Assembly (NCBI GenBank): GCA_947623775.1
Contig: CANQHL010000002.1
Coordinates: 1-52,068, forward strand
Reading direction: 5' to 3'
Source of the DNA: an uncultured Clostridia bacterium
Lineage (GTDB): Bacteria; Bacillota; Clostridia; Christensenellales; UBA1242
DNA: 52,068 nt
The position numbers and the translations under genes are program-made. Numbering within the stretch: position 1 is the stretch's first letter; every line of letters begins with the position of its first letter. Below are positions 12,001 to 19,226 of the stretch, in pieces. Under the pieces are notes generated by a model that had not been told where the DNA came from, did not search any database, and saw only the letters and a program-made list of their open reading frames with translations.

Positions 12001-13150
12001 TGGCGACATCAAACGACTGTGACATTTTGCTGCTGATGAAGTTTTCTCCATTATTCTTTCCGCCAACAGCCATTATCGAGATAGAGTATATGCCCTCATC
12101 CAACCCGCTTAAATATTGTTTAAGATTTTCACCTTGCTCAATATCGCGTGTTTCCGAATGAGTTGTAGATTTGTTGTAGATGTTAAGTCTATATTTTGTT
12201 GCCGATGGGTCACTTGCCCATGTGATATAGCCACTGTTGTCCTCACACTTGTATTCAATATCCGGCGAATTCAAAATTTTAACTTTGAATTCTTGGCTTG
12301 TATCATCTCTTTCGCCGGTGGTGTCCTTGGATACAATTTTTATAGTCAACTGTGAACCCTCATCATAAGCAAGGAAATTAAATGAGAACTCACCGCGAGT
12401 TAAATCTTTTTCAATTTGCATACCTTGAAGATATACGTCAAAACTTACATTTTCTTCATCACTTTCCCATGTAAACTGTGTTTGCTGACTTAGTGCTGTG
12501 GAGCATGTGTAATTAAAATTTTTTACGGGAAGCATTACGCCATAAGTGAAAATGCCCTCCGCTTTATCTGATACATCAGCAACATCATTGCCGAGTGCGG
12601 TTACACTTATTTCATAAATACCCTTTTCTTGGAATGTGCGTTGTGGGGTGTTTAAAATAATTGATTGTTGTTCAACGCCATTGAGTTTGTAATCAAGTTG
12701 ATATCTTGATGCGAACAGTTGACTGTTGCCGGTCACTACAAAAGACGGATCGAAAGTAAAAACACCATCATTCATTGCCAAATTTTTTGGAAGGGAAAAT
12801 TTATATTTAACATTGACTTTGGTTTCAGCAATATTTTTATCTTGATATCTTGCAAACACATAAGCCTGCCCAGATGCGTTTGCCTTAAAGATGCCATCTT
12901 TTTGCAAAGATAAGACATCTTCGTTTGATGAGATGAAACTTACATTTTTGGCTTCTATGCCATTAACCGAAAATTCGTTTGATAAATTTATCTCGTCGTC
13001 AAGCGAAATTGTATAAACACTTTGATTAAATTCCCCCCTTATGCCGGATTTGCTGTTGCACGCATACAACAATCCTGCAGAGAGAAATACCAGCATTAAG
13101 ACCAAAATCCATCTTTTTTTCATAATATCCCTACCCTTTATTATCTTCAT
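3098..13150 (-). CDS. Giant (3350 aa) cell-surface lipoprotein/adhesin with FN3/Ig-like modules and a GLUG-like C-terminal region
   Basis: Uninterrupted 10-kb ORF. Signal peptide plus Cys (KKRWILVLMLVFLSAGLLYAC-NSK); an alternative start at 13123 (MKKRW) has the better RBS-like GGTAGGGA. Big_2-like segment VSFISSNEDVLSLQKDGIFKANASGQAYVF. Many [LFI][ST]W...Y.[IVL].[IV] module starts (ITWASDPSATKYRLNIY, FSWNEINQPCRYKYTIY, LTWTSVDDKTADFYLAI, VSWESVANGCKYDIYV). C-terminal Gly-rich turns FIGGIVAVN, FAGIALFN, LAGIVLGN, YGGGIVVTN, FGGIAASI. No LPXTG. Confidence 0.9.
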   Translation of the reverse strand: MKIIKGRDIMKKRWILVLMLVFLSAGLLYACNSKSGIRGEFNQSVYTISLDDEINLSNEFSVNGIEAKNVSFISSNEDVLSLQKDGIFKANASGQAYVFARYQDKNIAETKVNVKYKFSLPKNLAMNDGVFTFDPSFVVTGNSQLFASRYQLDYKLNGVEQQSIILNTPQRTFQEKGIYEISVTALGNDVADVSDKAEGIFTYGVMLPVKNFNYTCSTALSQQTQFTWESDEENVSFDVYLQGMQIEKDLTRGEFSFNFLAYDEGSQLTIKIVSKDTTGERDDTSQEFKVKILNSPDIEYKCEDNSGYITWASDPSATKYRLNIYNKSTTHSETRDIEQGENLKQYLSGLDEGIYSISIMAVGGKNNGENFISSKMSQSFDVAKLAMHVPTVLIDGNVAKVTFSESGYLTHFKITCAGKTITHDVTASGVTANFELPTLTAGKYNLHFTALPVINGETQQVEDFYYNGNHVNHVIDSDEVSYEIYKLGNFSNIVHSFEGTTSKLTFDAITNANYYQVYVNDIFVESTTTKAQDKVTLSIGNLKEHEPLHDVHDEYKIKVVAGRREEGVDIAILSEKEKTLTILDVATKSLSQTNGYFSWNEINQPCRYKYTIYKTDSTYNKETGSQVAQDTINDTTIVVPGMPLPTEGYYVIEILSLPLDTFNGDMYFSSNFHDEDRIAKFQFIVERQIDTPEVTFSEDDTPHLDVTIKEHTGKFIVYVDDNKDGEVSLEQIKEEKYTYNFKDGFSEAKKYQIKVECLAGDKLGAEYDSTIYKDCESKLFVTRIDKPTIEVKDQTKDNYGEYNKQELFIYDESSLSKNAVVLLNGNQPLERGYSRALFNQTTLIAGPGFDLSGEGTSTIYRGFDLFDQTTFGAYFELQITLQAKENEGNEYYLSSIPATYKFRRIETPTELKYTDGNLTWTSVDDKTADFYLAIVLKNSELSDCSQRFFLQSLECRFEMQRFIDEELSKGGPFATAYAQSETKEFNVELIAYKNGYVGDEYILFSSKARTNQGGNTLVIKTLATPTLEFDVESEQVSWESVANGCKYDIYVDGKIKQQDYNLSLSISKDELASDYLTEKKITIMAKHSEQLNSKLSEPIYIKKLTPPSEVSLGVTSDGVSDDVYTITVPVTDPQNTLHVKLQGVEMTFSKEVTHASAILKEQSGASTIIFEADNNDKKPYYYLDSDPVTITLKNVATEEFKASIEGGVISWTSELCDYLTANSSKYSQWPLKYNLEIKNNGNTYPFSFDNETSIKLVDLEEQLSQKNAKLTNDDVEIDVKESIINGYTCAINTEYETVIYYGSNEADQIASRKLKDVQGVKHTFVDNTVETGAINRKLKGSLKITFTDLWSEHSEVYFVFKFGENLTIPGYEDGLKLQSLVKPNIDKTTIYTFSKDESNNYVLELTSEVQFEEGDTVISIQVFQENSISSNITEFTISRYKKGSMQVNEDNGLLTIEDDNNNAGYIIEFTIGTQPPKVQALESGVKEFDLMQDGFLLENDGEYTIRVIACDLEPGESNVLPSAEFNINGIKLAGIETITIDESDDEIGVICIKIFTDENNEDRIKFRVIKDENSSNVKEFTPIEDSETQGLYKISLLDILYLFDSTLTSYHDNDNIRLDFTIAVEGSVRADYKQLEFGYKIDTAATSRRIRTFDKDYIVFEKSSDDITKGFVVDVTYTVYNMVPNEDGNGTHFEEEEATTRIFVKKEDAAGYWSTRATEEGDKGAFSKERSETDGNSYKECYGLCLDDLLAMVNGGNIHIKVSRVGLKASNYYQFNPTDFDFYKLNSTTSEGNYINNNELNIQWENIYNADETKRPGQYLIYFIKGEEKIEVNRYYSSISTINLSGSEFTFISPGTVYTIQIKAISADEKVLSSDLSQGINFKKFNKPYSLQVENGKIVFNKDKFKDSQFMQDIITGFGESAPAGGYKSIVMGQERLSSYTAPFEFEVGRFSEMRLVLKFTQMSSDGVRPNKTYQMTVPAYKLIPDMQIEYYHAGGHENTSYLKALNDYEIEIRADNDATNLRVMINKLIQESAMGIADDGILFDDYGNSIPAGEYQLTAYQGSDSSNIQSDVCDSSIPVYISPAPIYDLTEEEDRENGKNYYYAEFTAQNTKFYNGETYVDQMATVYKMSIRKFVGGTPSKNDRVELKIEYDEHEKIWRIRKDDTEINNVITTLDGGKKFKVNMTQLRKELDDKDLTFNEKLQVDVYACANDNGPAALSSEARMGYVINGKSAVFNLTYLDLDASNIVFDSGTISVSGDIGREFKLLVKYKHERGEQSSKQLEFDKEGKALIDFDTTGNYEYISIALSGSYDKMNGSLVVESFTYMIAGKESELGGREGVYKLQAPTLSTSNGNIVIGYNQRDAEVTGTLKFFMGNNNTLVAGGDGYYYESDIYPKDVVPQYMTGYCSLEESATEYHAFLGGNGGTFQMEKNEDLSNGAEYILKLFNAEGEEINPILKSAETVLQARMLSQADPYVIEKGSVSIPTNVDNLPEVYDGEFAGKQKVELIYEIVISYYESNSDAGLKHDTFFYSEIEPDVTVFDGLNFDTNYEYYTLKVTVVAAKRVENGSSVANAKKSIQGNYFIIHEKVFYEDGAQVLRSKVNDEERFTKTRTPYLEKRLTGDGVDNGEISFIIDNTIYFANSRPNPEKDYTDEDTAERLTVYADYQTPSGDQRRVEVSGKYSFARDNVEGDKIKVVYVPDEGQLNDCSGAITLSVYAYGKGTIISQPLVIEDVYKLKNMTKDLYEVKLENDKTIIDFTEYFDSVDITGDKSCYKIVINVTTNGEEVSPTEIDNMSISKKFTVASNYTKLQIQVIDAQEVTQVNAKKLLLSDLTTMDVQATSTEGLTLTWNEELQRFEWNWEEDDGLAKEYYISMTIGNKPENGFIIDYNIDKDINNKFYMPKQIGTIYARTIYIKVRYLNEQEDKLYIYSEGVAYSSTKDVKYNLFSKGDGTSSETAYEIYSADDFKNMRLRNENGIYFALKGNFDIPISYLFEDGKRIFESFKASLSGEGHEVKIISDTIIEKDEEKNGFVLDGYSQSDLKFNNYSSLFKTIESGATISNLNINYEISDGKDSAYQLKNNQIMFAPLAYENNGKISNVSLINLTIKLKGDGANRVFIGGIVAVNRASITECYNKYSLNFTAPQGLTLNFAFAGIALFNISGVAKIDTCFNESNISVMASVNDSFINLAGIVLGNSDNATISYCGNEGDITFGADSNCPIHCYGGGIVVTNANGKLDYLYNNGQIGRSEQSPGEGSNGDMFGGIAASIDQGYIHALVDTVSGQKLVGVVKGQKNQVNNEGDNYASQDSRTEGVDNIRDLAPTTIAGKNGKSLEIYHNGDSYKARFITQ

Positions 13151-13195
13151 AATAACATTTTTTAAACTTTAAAGCAAACGATTTAACTCTTAATT

Positions 13196-13223
13196 AAAAA
13201 AAATCTATAGTATAACTATAGAT
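13196..13223 (-). terminator. Possible AT-rich intrinsic terminator or attenuator between the P-loop gene and the giant gene
   Basis: Minus-strand palindrome ATCTATAGT-tat-ACTATAGAT (13203-13223) followed by T8. The stem has only two G:C pairs. Confidence 0.35.
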
Positions 13224-13441
13224 TAACGCTATCATTACGAGCAACAACCCCCATTTTTTGTCTGCTTTTTGCTTAAATTTATACAATAAAATTTTGTTTT
13301 TTATTGTTAAACGACAAAAATTTAATTTGATTTTTATGTTTTTGCGGCATAAATTTTATGCAAAATTTATTTAATTTTTTATTGATTTTATAGATAATTT
13401 AACAAAATTTGTTGTTTTTTTTGCTTAAAAATCGCAAAAAA

Positions 13442-14041
13442 TCACGGTTTTTCTTTAATTTTGTCTTTAAAAAGTGGAACGATAAGATCAGAAAGATATT
13501 CACCCTTACTTAAAATCACCTTTGCTGACGGGCGGTTGTCAAGTGAATTTTCTTTGAAAAATCTTTCACAAGGGTCGGTCATTGATTTTATAAAATTTTC
13601 TTGATTGCCTCTTGCACGCATACGCTCCTTAATTTCTTCAATGCAATTTAAATCATGATATACAAGGCAATATGGAATGTTTTTGCCTACTATTATATCG
13701 ACAATTTCTGGATTTGGAGCAAAAAGCAATATTTTATCATCGTCCTGCAAATATTCGTCCATTTTCTTGGCTATATATTCATTTGTATCGTGACGAACGC
13801 TTCCCGGCCTGTTGCCCTTGTAAAATTCACAGTCCTCCTCGGTCCAATTCTCATTGTACTTGTATTTTGCCCTTACTATATCCATATCAATGATATTTTC
13901 ATATTTTTTTGATAAATATGTTTTCCCAACAGCCGGAACACACACAAACACACGTATTTTATTCAATTCAATCTTTATTTTTTCTATCTTCACTTCTGCT
14001 CCAATCCTTTTGTCTTTTTGCTCTTTTATATTCACCCTCAA
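13442..14041 (-). CDS. Small P-loop NTPase/kinase-like protein
   Basis: Walker A VCVPAVGKTYLS near the N-terminus; ~185-199 aa. The ORF-track start at 14041 is TTG without an RBS. GTG at 13993 is preceded by GGAG 5 nt upstream and may be the true start. Confidence 0.65.
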   Translation of the reverse strand: MRVNIKEQKDKRIGAEVKIEKIKIELNKIRVFVCVPAVGKTYLSKKYENIIDMDIVRAKYKYNENWTEEDCEFYKGNRPGSVRHDTNEYIAKKMDEYLQDDDKILLFAPNPEIVDIIVGKNIPYCLVYHDLNCIEEIKERMRARGNQENFIKSMTDPCERFFKENSLDNRPSAKVILSKGEYLSDLIVPLFKDKIKEKP

Positions 14042-14136
14042 TATTTTTTATCTGACCACATAAATAGTTTGCCTCACGAACTATTTCACAACTTCTCTTC
14101 ACTTTTGTAATATTTTTTTGTCTTTATCTTATTCAC

Positions 14137-15348
14137 CTATACTCTATCTAACACGGCAAGTGTTTCATATTCGCCCGTTCTTGCAAACATATCATATAGG
14201 CTCACTTTGGTGATTTTATACCCCGTAAGCCTTGAAATATCACGTACCATGGTTGCACTATCACACGATATGTAAATTATCCTCTTGCATGCCAATTGAT
14301 TTATGCCCTCTATTACTTCCTTGCTCATTCCCTTTCTTGGTGGGTCGGTGATTAAGGTGTCACACGCAGCAAGTCCGCTGAGTAATTCAGCACAATCCCC
14401 ATGCAAATTGGTTAAGTTTGTAAGCGAATTTTCTTCTTTTAATCTCTCGGCATCACTATGTTCATTTAACCCGAGTTCTATGCCAACAACTTCTTTGGTT
14501 TTAGATATAACACCACTTAGCACCCCGGCTCCACTATAGCAATTTATCACCTTTTCGCCAATTATGTTGTCAATGGCTTCGCTATATAATTCTTGATAAA
14601 GAAATTTATTTACTTGATGAAATGATTTAGGTGAAAAGTGACATGTTATACCCATCTCTTCGCAGGAAAGTTCTTTAATGCCCATTTGATAAATAGCAAA
14701 ATCTTGAAAACTTTCGTAAATTCCACAATTTTTGCCAAGCACGAGGAAAATCCCTTGATAGTCAACTTCCTCATCTTTGATTTTGTTGAAAAGCACAAGA
14801 ATTTGATTGTTTTCTTCTCGAATTGTAACCTCATTGTAAACATCAGGATGTTTGACAATAAACTTGTCAATCTTTTTTATCACCTCATTGATTTTATCAT
14901 CTACAAGCATACATTTTTCGATATGGCAAAGGTTGCCCTTTTCCTTTAAAGACAAACCATCTTTCCCAACAAATAACTTTATTTTATTTCTGTATTCATA
15001 TTCACTTTTAGATGGATGGATGCTTATCTCTCCATCATAGCCCGTTTTGCGAAATTGATTTTGCAAAAGTTTTTTCTTTATCTCCAATTCATTTTGATAA
15101 TCAGTATGCTGATAACAACAACCTCCACAATGTGTAAAATATGGGCATGGCGGAGTTGTCCGTCTATCACTCTTTTTTAACACTTCCACAAGTTTCCCTT
15201 TTGCAAAAGAGGATTTCTCTTGTTGTATTTGAAAACGCACTTCCTCTCCATCAAGGGCATAAGGCACAAAAACAACTTTGCCATTTACACGGCAAACACC
15301 CTCGCCATCATATCCCACTCCGTCTATTTTTTGTGTAAATTCTTTCAC
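14137..15348 (-). CDS. RumA/RlmD-family 23S rRNA (uracil-C5)-methyltransferase
   Basis: N-terminal TRAM-like segment, Fe-S Cys cluster CPYFTHCGGCCYQH, SAM-MTase motifs DPPRKG and YISCD. GTG start directly abuts the engB stop (GAGGATTAAGTG), suggesting translational coupling. Confidence 0.85.
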   Translation of the reverse strand: MKEFTQKIDGVGYDGEGVCRVNGKVVFVPYALDGEEVRFQIQQEKSSFAKGKLVEVLKKSDRRTTPPCPYFTHCGGCCYQHTDYQNELEIKKKLLQNQFRKTGYDGEISIHPSKSEYEYRNKIKLFVGKDGLSLKEKGNLCHIEKCMLVDDKINEVIKKIDKFIVKHPDVYNEVTIREENNQILVLFNKIKDEEVDYQGIFLVLGKNCGIYESFQDFAIYQMGIKELSCEEMGITCHFSPKSFHQVNKFLYQELYSEAIDNIIGEKVINCYSGAGVLSGVISKTKEVVGIELGLNEHSDAERLKEENSLTNLTNLHGDCAELLSGLAACDTLITDPPRKGMSKEVIEGINQLACKRIIYISCDSATMVRDISRLTGYKITKVSLYDMFARTGEYETLAVLDRV

Positions 15349-15945
15349 TTAATCCTCACTTTTCGCCAAATTTAACCTTGTTTCCAAAATATCCAGCAAT
15401 TGTTCTCTTCCAATATTTGCCTCTGCACTTATTGAAATAAACATCTCTTGTCTCAGTTTCAATGTGTCGGCTATTTTTTTAATGTTCTGCTTTAACGCCT
15501 GCTTTGAAAGTTTGTCAATCTTTGTCAATATAATCATAAATGGCAGGTTGTAATGCAATAAAAAGGTTATCATTTGTTTGTCTTGCTCGGTCGGAATGTG
15601 ACGACAGTCCAATAAAACAAATGTCAAAATCAGAGAATTTGACGACAAAAGATAGTCCCCGATAAGTGAGGACCAAACATCCTTTTGTGCCTTTCCCACT
15701 TTTGCAAACCCATATCCCGGAAGATCAACCAACCGAAAATCATCGACTGAAAAATAATTGACAAGTTTAGTCTTGCCCGGAGTCGCAGAAGTTTTGGCTA
15801 ATCCCCGCCGCCCCGTAATGTAATTAAGTGCCGAAGATTTGCCAACATTGCTACGCCCAACAAAAGCAAATTCAGGGACATCATCATGTATCAAATCTTT
15901 TGCGTTTGCAACGCTTGTTAAATACTCCGCTTTTTTAATAATCAT
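15349..15945 (-). CDS. engB: Ribosome-biogenesis GTPase EngB/YsxC/YihA
   Basis: FVGRSNVGKSSALN (G1), TPGKT (G2), DLPGYG (G3), TKIDK (G4). Start placed at ATG 15945 (MIIKKAEY). The ORF-track extension to 15996 overlaps the predicted promoter and terminator. Confidence 0.85.
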   Translation of the reverse strand: MIIKKAEYLTSVANAKDLIHDDVPEFAFVGRSNVGKSSALNYITGRRGLAKTSATPGKTKLVNYFSVDDFRLVDLPGYGFAKVGKAQKDVWSSLIGDYLLSSNSLILTFVLLDCRHIPTEQDKQMITFLLHYNLPFMIILTKIDKLSKQALKQNIKKIADTLKLRQEMFISISAEANIGREQLLDILETRLNLAKSED

Positions 15946-15979
15946 AATATTATAATAGCATATCTTCAAAATAAAAGCA

Positions 15980-16010
15980 AAAAAAATTCTATACAATTAA
16001 GTATAGAATT
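15980..16010 (-). terminator. Intrinsic terminator after the repeat-surface-protein gene
   Basis: Minus-strand AATTCTATAC-ttaatt-GTATAGAATT (10-bp stem, 15985-16010) followed by T6. Confidence 0.7.
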
Positions 16011-16019
16011 TTTTGATTT

Positions 16020-17774
16020 TTATTCGTAAAGGAATGCAACCGTGATTGTCTCTATTCCAGCAAATTGACTTGCTGTCATGTGTTCTTGTAAGACTGCTAA
16101 CACCTTATAATATGTAAGAACAGGATTTGCTTTGTCAATTACAAATTCATAATCATATCCATCAACACCTGTACCATTTACCTTTAACAATACAGAACCA
16201 CTGAATGTCAATGTGTCATAAGGTTCATCATTCTTAGTTACTGTTTTTTCTCCAATATATTCTTTGAAGATGTCATTAGTTAAATCTTTTGCTTCAACAT
16301 TTTCTACAACATCCCCATCTGTAAATTGAACTACTGTTGGATCAGAAGCAGGTTTTTGTCCGCCAACAAGGGCATTCCATTCAGGAACATCACTATCACC
16401 TTCATCTGTATAAACTGCTTTGAAGTTGAAGTTATATCCCTCATATTCGCACTCCCATACTGCAGTAACATCAACTGTTTCTTGATTTGCTCCAATAAGC
16501 GCTGCACCTAAGCCTTCATATGTTCCATTAACATAGTTGTATTCAGTTCCACTATATTTAAGTGCTTTTAATGTGTATCCATCTCTAGTTACATTGTATT
16601 TAGAGAATGTGCCTGTTGCATCATCATAAACAATTGTAGCAGTTTCTGTAGATTTTTCATGGAATTTAACATTTAATGTAATCTTTGAAAGTTTCCATTC
16701 AACCGTCAATGTAATGTTTTTATCTTCAGACTTAAGAATTTCTCTTGCAAGATCATCGAGATTTTCGGTTGTATATGCAACTGTATTATATTTGTATTGT
16801 TTAACAGCATAGTTTTCTTTAACAACCTTTGAGTTAAGACCAACAAAACCATTTTCAACATCATAAGTAATTCCTGTGAAGTTGAGACCTGCGCCGTCTG
16901 ATACAGTTATGTTATAAACAAGCAATTTTTTGTTAAGATTTAATGTGATTCCATTCAAATCGAATTCGTCTATTGACTCAACTTTGCCATTTGCATTATG
17001 CCATCCATCAAATTCATATCCTGCAGGAATTCTTGCTTTAACAAGATCATTTGTTTGATCAGGTAAATGATAGTCACCACTAACAATAGCATTTTTCGCT
17101 ACTGGATCGGTAAATATTTTATAGTCACCATCCATATATGTAACCATCATTAATTCATCCCATACTGCGGTAAGAATTACGTTGTTTGAAGTGAAGGTTG
17201 CATGCATTGTTGCATCGCTGAGAATGTCTCCATTTTCATTTGTAACTTTCCAGCCGATAAAACGATGTCCGCCAACTTTAGGATTTAATCCAGTTAAATC
17301 TGCCCCATATTTAAGTGTTGCATTAGGCAAGTCAACCTCAGTTCCATCATCGTAAAAACCTTGATATGTAACGTTGATCATTCTTACATTGCTAACAGCA
17401 GTGATGATTGTGTTTTTGCTTGTAAGTTCAAAAGTGTATTGTGCAACTTTTGCAAGAGGTTGTTGTAAAGTTTGTATATCTCCAAAATACTCACCTTCGT
17501 ACCAGCCCTCAAAATCATGTCCAACCACATTATCATAAACAACAGTAACTTCGCTGTGTTTTGCAAGTGTGATTGTGTTTGTTTCTTGTTCCTTATCGTT
17601 TACTAGAATCTTAACGCTTCCGTCAAGAACTTCTGCACCATCATCACCATTTGCAAGAACGGTAAGAGTGCAGCCAACAGCCTCAGTAACAGTTAATGAA
17701 GCACCTACTACTACGAGCGGTAATAGAATTACTAAGGCACAAATTGATAAAATTTTAACCAATAGTTTTGACAT
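16020..17774 (-). CDS. Surface protein with Listeria-Bacteroides (Flg_new-type) repeats
   Basis: ATG 17774 with GGAGG upstream and downstream of the predicted promoter. Signal/anchor MSKLLVKILSICALVILLPLVVVGA. Recurrent G[HY]x[FI]xGW motifs (GHDFEGWY, GHRFIGWK, GYEFDGWH). Confidence 0.8.
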   Translation of the reverse strand: MSKLLVKILSICALVILLPLVVVGASLTVTEAVGCTLTVLANGDDGAEVLDGSVKILVNDKEQETNTITLAKHSEVTVVYDNVVGHDFEGWYEGEYFGDIQTLQQPLAKVAQYTFELTSKNTIITAVSNVRMINVTYQGFYDDGTEVDLPNATLKYGADLTGLNPKVGGHRFIGWKVTNENGDILSDATMHATFTSNNVILTAVWDELMMVTYMDGDYKIFTDPVAKNAIVSGDYHLPDQTNDLVKARIPAGYEFDGWHNANGKVESIDEFDLNGITLNLNKKLLVYNITVSDGAGLNFTGITYDVENGFVGLNSKVVKENYAVKQYKYNTVAYTTENLDDLAREILKSEDKNITLTVEWKLSKITLNVKFHEKSTETATIVYDDATGTFSKYNVTRDGYTLKALKYSGTEYNYVNGTYEGLGAALIGANQETVDVTAVWECEYEGYNFNFKAVYTDEGDSDVPEWNALVGGQKPASDPTVVQFTDGDVVENVEAKDLTNDIFKEYIGEKTVTKNDEPYDTLTFSGSVLLKVNGTGVDGYDYEFVIDKANPVLTYYKVLAVLQEHMTASQFAGIETITVAFLYE

Positions 17775-17811
17775 ATCTATATTTTTCCTCCATGTATCAA
17801 TATTATAGCAC

Positions 17812-17840
17812 ATATAAAAATGTTTTTCAATACCTTAAGT
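17812..17840 (-). promoter_or_regulatory. Promoter of the 16020-17774 gene
   Basis: Minus-strand TTGAAA (17840-17835), 17 nt, TATAAT (17817-17812). Confidence 0.65.
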
Positions 17841-17967
17841 AAAAATTTTTATATTTTTTTTTAATGAAAGTGATTGTGTTATGCTAAGAATATTTTATGC
17901 AGAAACCGGCAAATATATAAGCAGAAAGGAAAAAAGAGTAAAAAAATAAAAATTTTTCAATAAAATG

Positions 17968-17996
17968 TTGACAAATGATATAAAATATGATAATAT
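17968..17996 (+). promoter_or_regulatory. Promoter of tRNA-Ala
   Basis: TTGACA (17968-17973), 17 nt, TAATAT (17991-17996). The tRNA 5' end lies 14 nt downstream. Confidence 0.7.
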
Positions 17997-18010
17997 TTAA
18001 CAGTAGATAT

Positions 18011-18087
18011 GGGGGATTAGCTCAGTTGGCTAGAGCGCCTGCCTTGCAAGCAGGAGGTCAAGAGTTCGACTCTCTTATTCTCCACCA
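18011..18087 (+). tRNA. tRNA-Ala (anticodon UGC), CCA encoded
   Basis: Acceptor stem GGGGGAT/ATTCTCC including the G3:U70 alanine identity pair. D-loop AGCTCAGTTGGCTAGAGC. Anticodon loop CTTGCAA. T-arm GGTCAAGAGTTCGACTCTCTT. Ends in ACCA. Confidence 0.95.
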
Positions 18088-18093
18088 AAAAAG

Positions 18094-18117
18094 CAACACA
18101 AATTGTGTTGTTTTTTT
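18094..18117 (+). terminator. Intrinsic terminator after tRNA-Ala
   Basis: CAACACA-aat-TGTGTTG hairpin followed by T7. Confidence 0.75.
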
Positions 18118-18205
18118 ATTGCAAAATTTATATTCTTTTTTAAATTTATTATAATATTTATTGCAAAAATTATAATTTTTTAAAATTCTATTACATCATC
18201 TATAT

Positions 18206-18240
18206 AAAAAAAACATTGAGAAATTTAAAATCTCTCAATG
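18206..18240 (-). terminator. Intrinsic terminator after the 18247-19110 gene (bidirectional shape)
   Basis: CATTGAGA...TCTCAATG 8-bp stem (18214-18240). Flanked by A8 on one side and a T-run on the other. Confidence 0.65.
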
Positions 18241-18246
18241 TATTTT

Positions 18247-19110
18247 TTACCAAACTAATTCTGGTGGATCAGGCTCTTTTGCCCCCTCTGCTTTTAATTC
18301 TTCCACTTTGCCCTTTACTTCGGTTACCAAATCTGCATCAAACTGGTGACTGAAATCATAGTGTGCTCCACCTTTTGAATATGCTTCGACAAACTCTCTG
18401 AAAACATCAAGTCTTTCGTTTTGCAAAATATAATCTTGCACCGGCAATTCTGGATATTGTGCCTGGTCTAGGGTTGGTGTGTTTTTTTCAATTACACAAT
18501 CTCTCATAAACTCTCGCATTTCCGGCGTTTCTATTTCTTCGCGAAGTACTTGAACAAACACAGTGTCCTCAACATTTCGTTTCTTTGTGAATTCAGTGCC
18601 GATATTTTTTCTGCACTGCTCATATGCAGGATAATGTATCTCAACCAAAGGTTTTAGCACATCTTCAACAAAACTATCAAATCTGCTTCTGAAAAGTTTT
18701 ACCTTCTTAATGTCGTCAGGATCATCAAGCCACTCAATTGCCTGATTAAGAAGAGGTCTTTCGTGATGTGACCAATCATAGATTACACCTTGCAATCCGG
18801 TGATTTTGTTGACTACATTATCGCATATAGATGGCAATCTTAGATTTATAAGATCTTCATTATTTTTCCACAAATAGTCATCGTTGAAAAGTTTATACAT
18901 CATCGGATATGTGTTTTTTATCCTTGTAAATTCCCCGTTCAGTTTTTTATATTCCCTTATAACATTTCTAAATAGTTGATGATATAAACGATATTTATTG
19001 CTTTCTGCAGCACGTCTTTTATCGGCTTCATCAACAATCGCTTTTTCATCATCACTTAACGTTGCCATTTTTTCTTCCAATTTTTCATGTAAATAATCAA
19101 TATAACTCAT
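18247..19110 (-). CDS. Hypothetical cytoplasmic protein (287 aa), no recognisable motif
   Basis: ATG 19110 preceded by AAGGAGAG. The ORF-track start at 19149 lies upstream of the predicted -10. Confidence 0.75.
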   Translation of the reverse strand: MSYIDYLHEKLEEKMATLSDDEKAIVDEADKRRAAESNKYRLYHQLFRNVIREYKKLNGEFTRIKNTYPMMYKLFNDDYLWKNNEDLINLRLPSICDNVVNKITGLQGVIYDWSHHERPLLNQAIEWLDDPDDIKKVKLFRSRFDSFVEDVLKPLVEIHYPAYEQCRKNIGTEFTKKRNVEDTVFVQVLREEIETPEMREFMRDCVIEKNTPTLDQAQYPELPVQDYILQNERLDVFREFVEAYSKGGAHYDFSHQFDADLVTEVKGKVEELKAEGAKEPDPPELVW

Positions 19111-19128
19111 CTTTCTCTCCTTAAAGAT

Positions 19129-19157
19129 ATTATAGCAGATTTTTTTCATTATTTCAA
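19129..19157 (-). promoter_or_regulatory. Promoter of the 18247-19110 gene
   Basis: Minus-strand TTGAAA (19157-19152), 17 nt, TATAAT (19134-19129). Confidence 0.65.
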
Positions 19158-19183
19158 TACTTTTTGTTGCAATTTTTAACTGA

Positions 19184-19214
19184 CATAAAAAAAGAGGATA
19201 AATTTTATCCTCTT
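19184..19214 (-). terminator. Intrinsic terminator after the 19227-21476 gene
   Basis: Near-perfect palindrome AAGAGGATAAA-t-TTTATCCTCTT followed by T7 on the minus strand. Confidence 0.75.
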
Positions 19215-19226
19215 TTCTTTTAATTT

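Noticed and set aside
4379-12913. About 20 plus-strand ORFs of 60-160 aa inside the giant gene (e.g. 8409-8891)
   Set aside because: All are antisense to a continuous 10-kb ORF with coherent domain structure. They lack RBSs and have S/F/I/L-rich compositions expected from the reverse frames.
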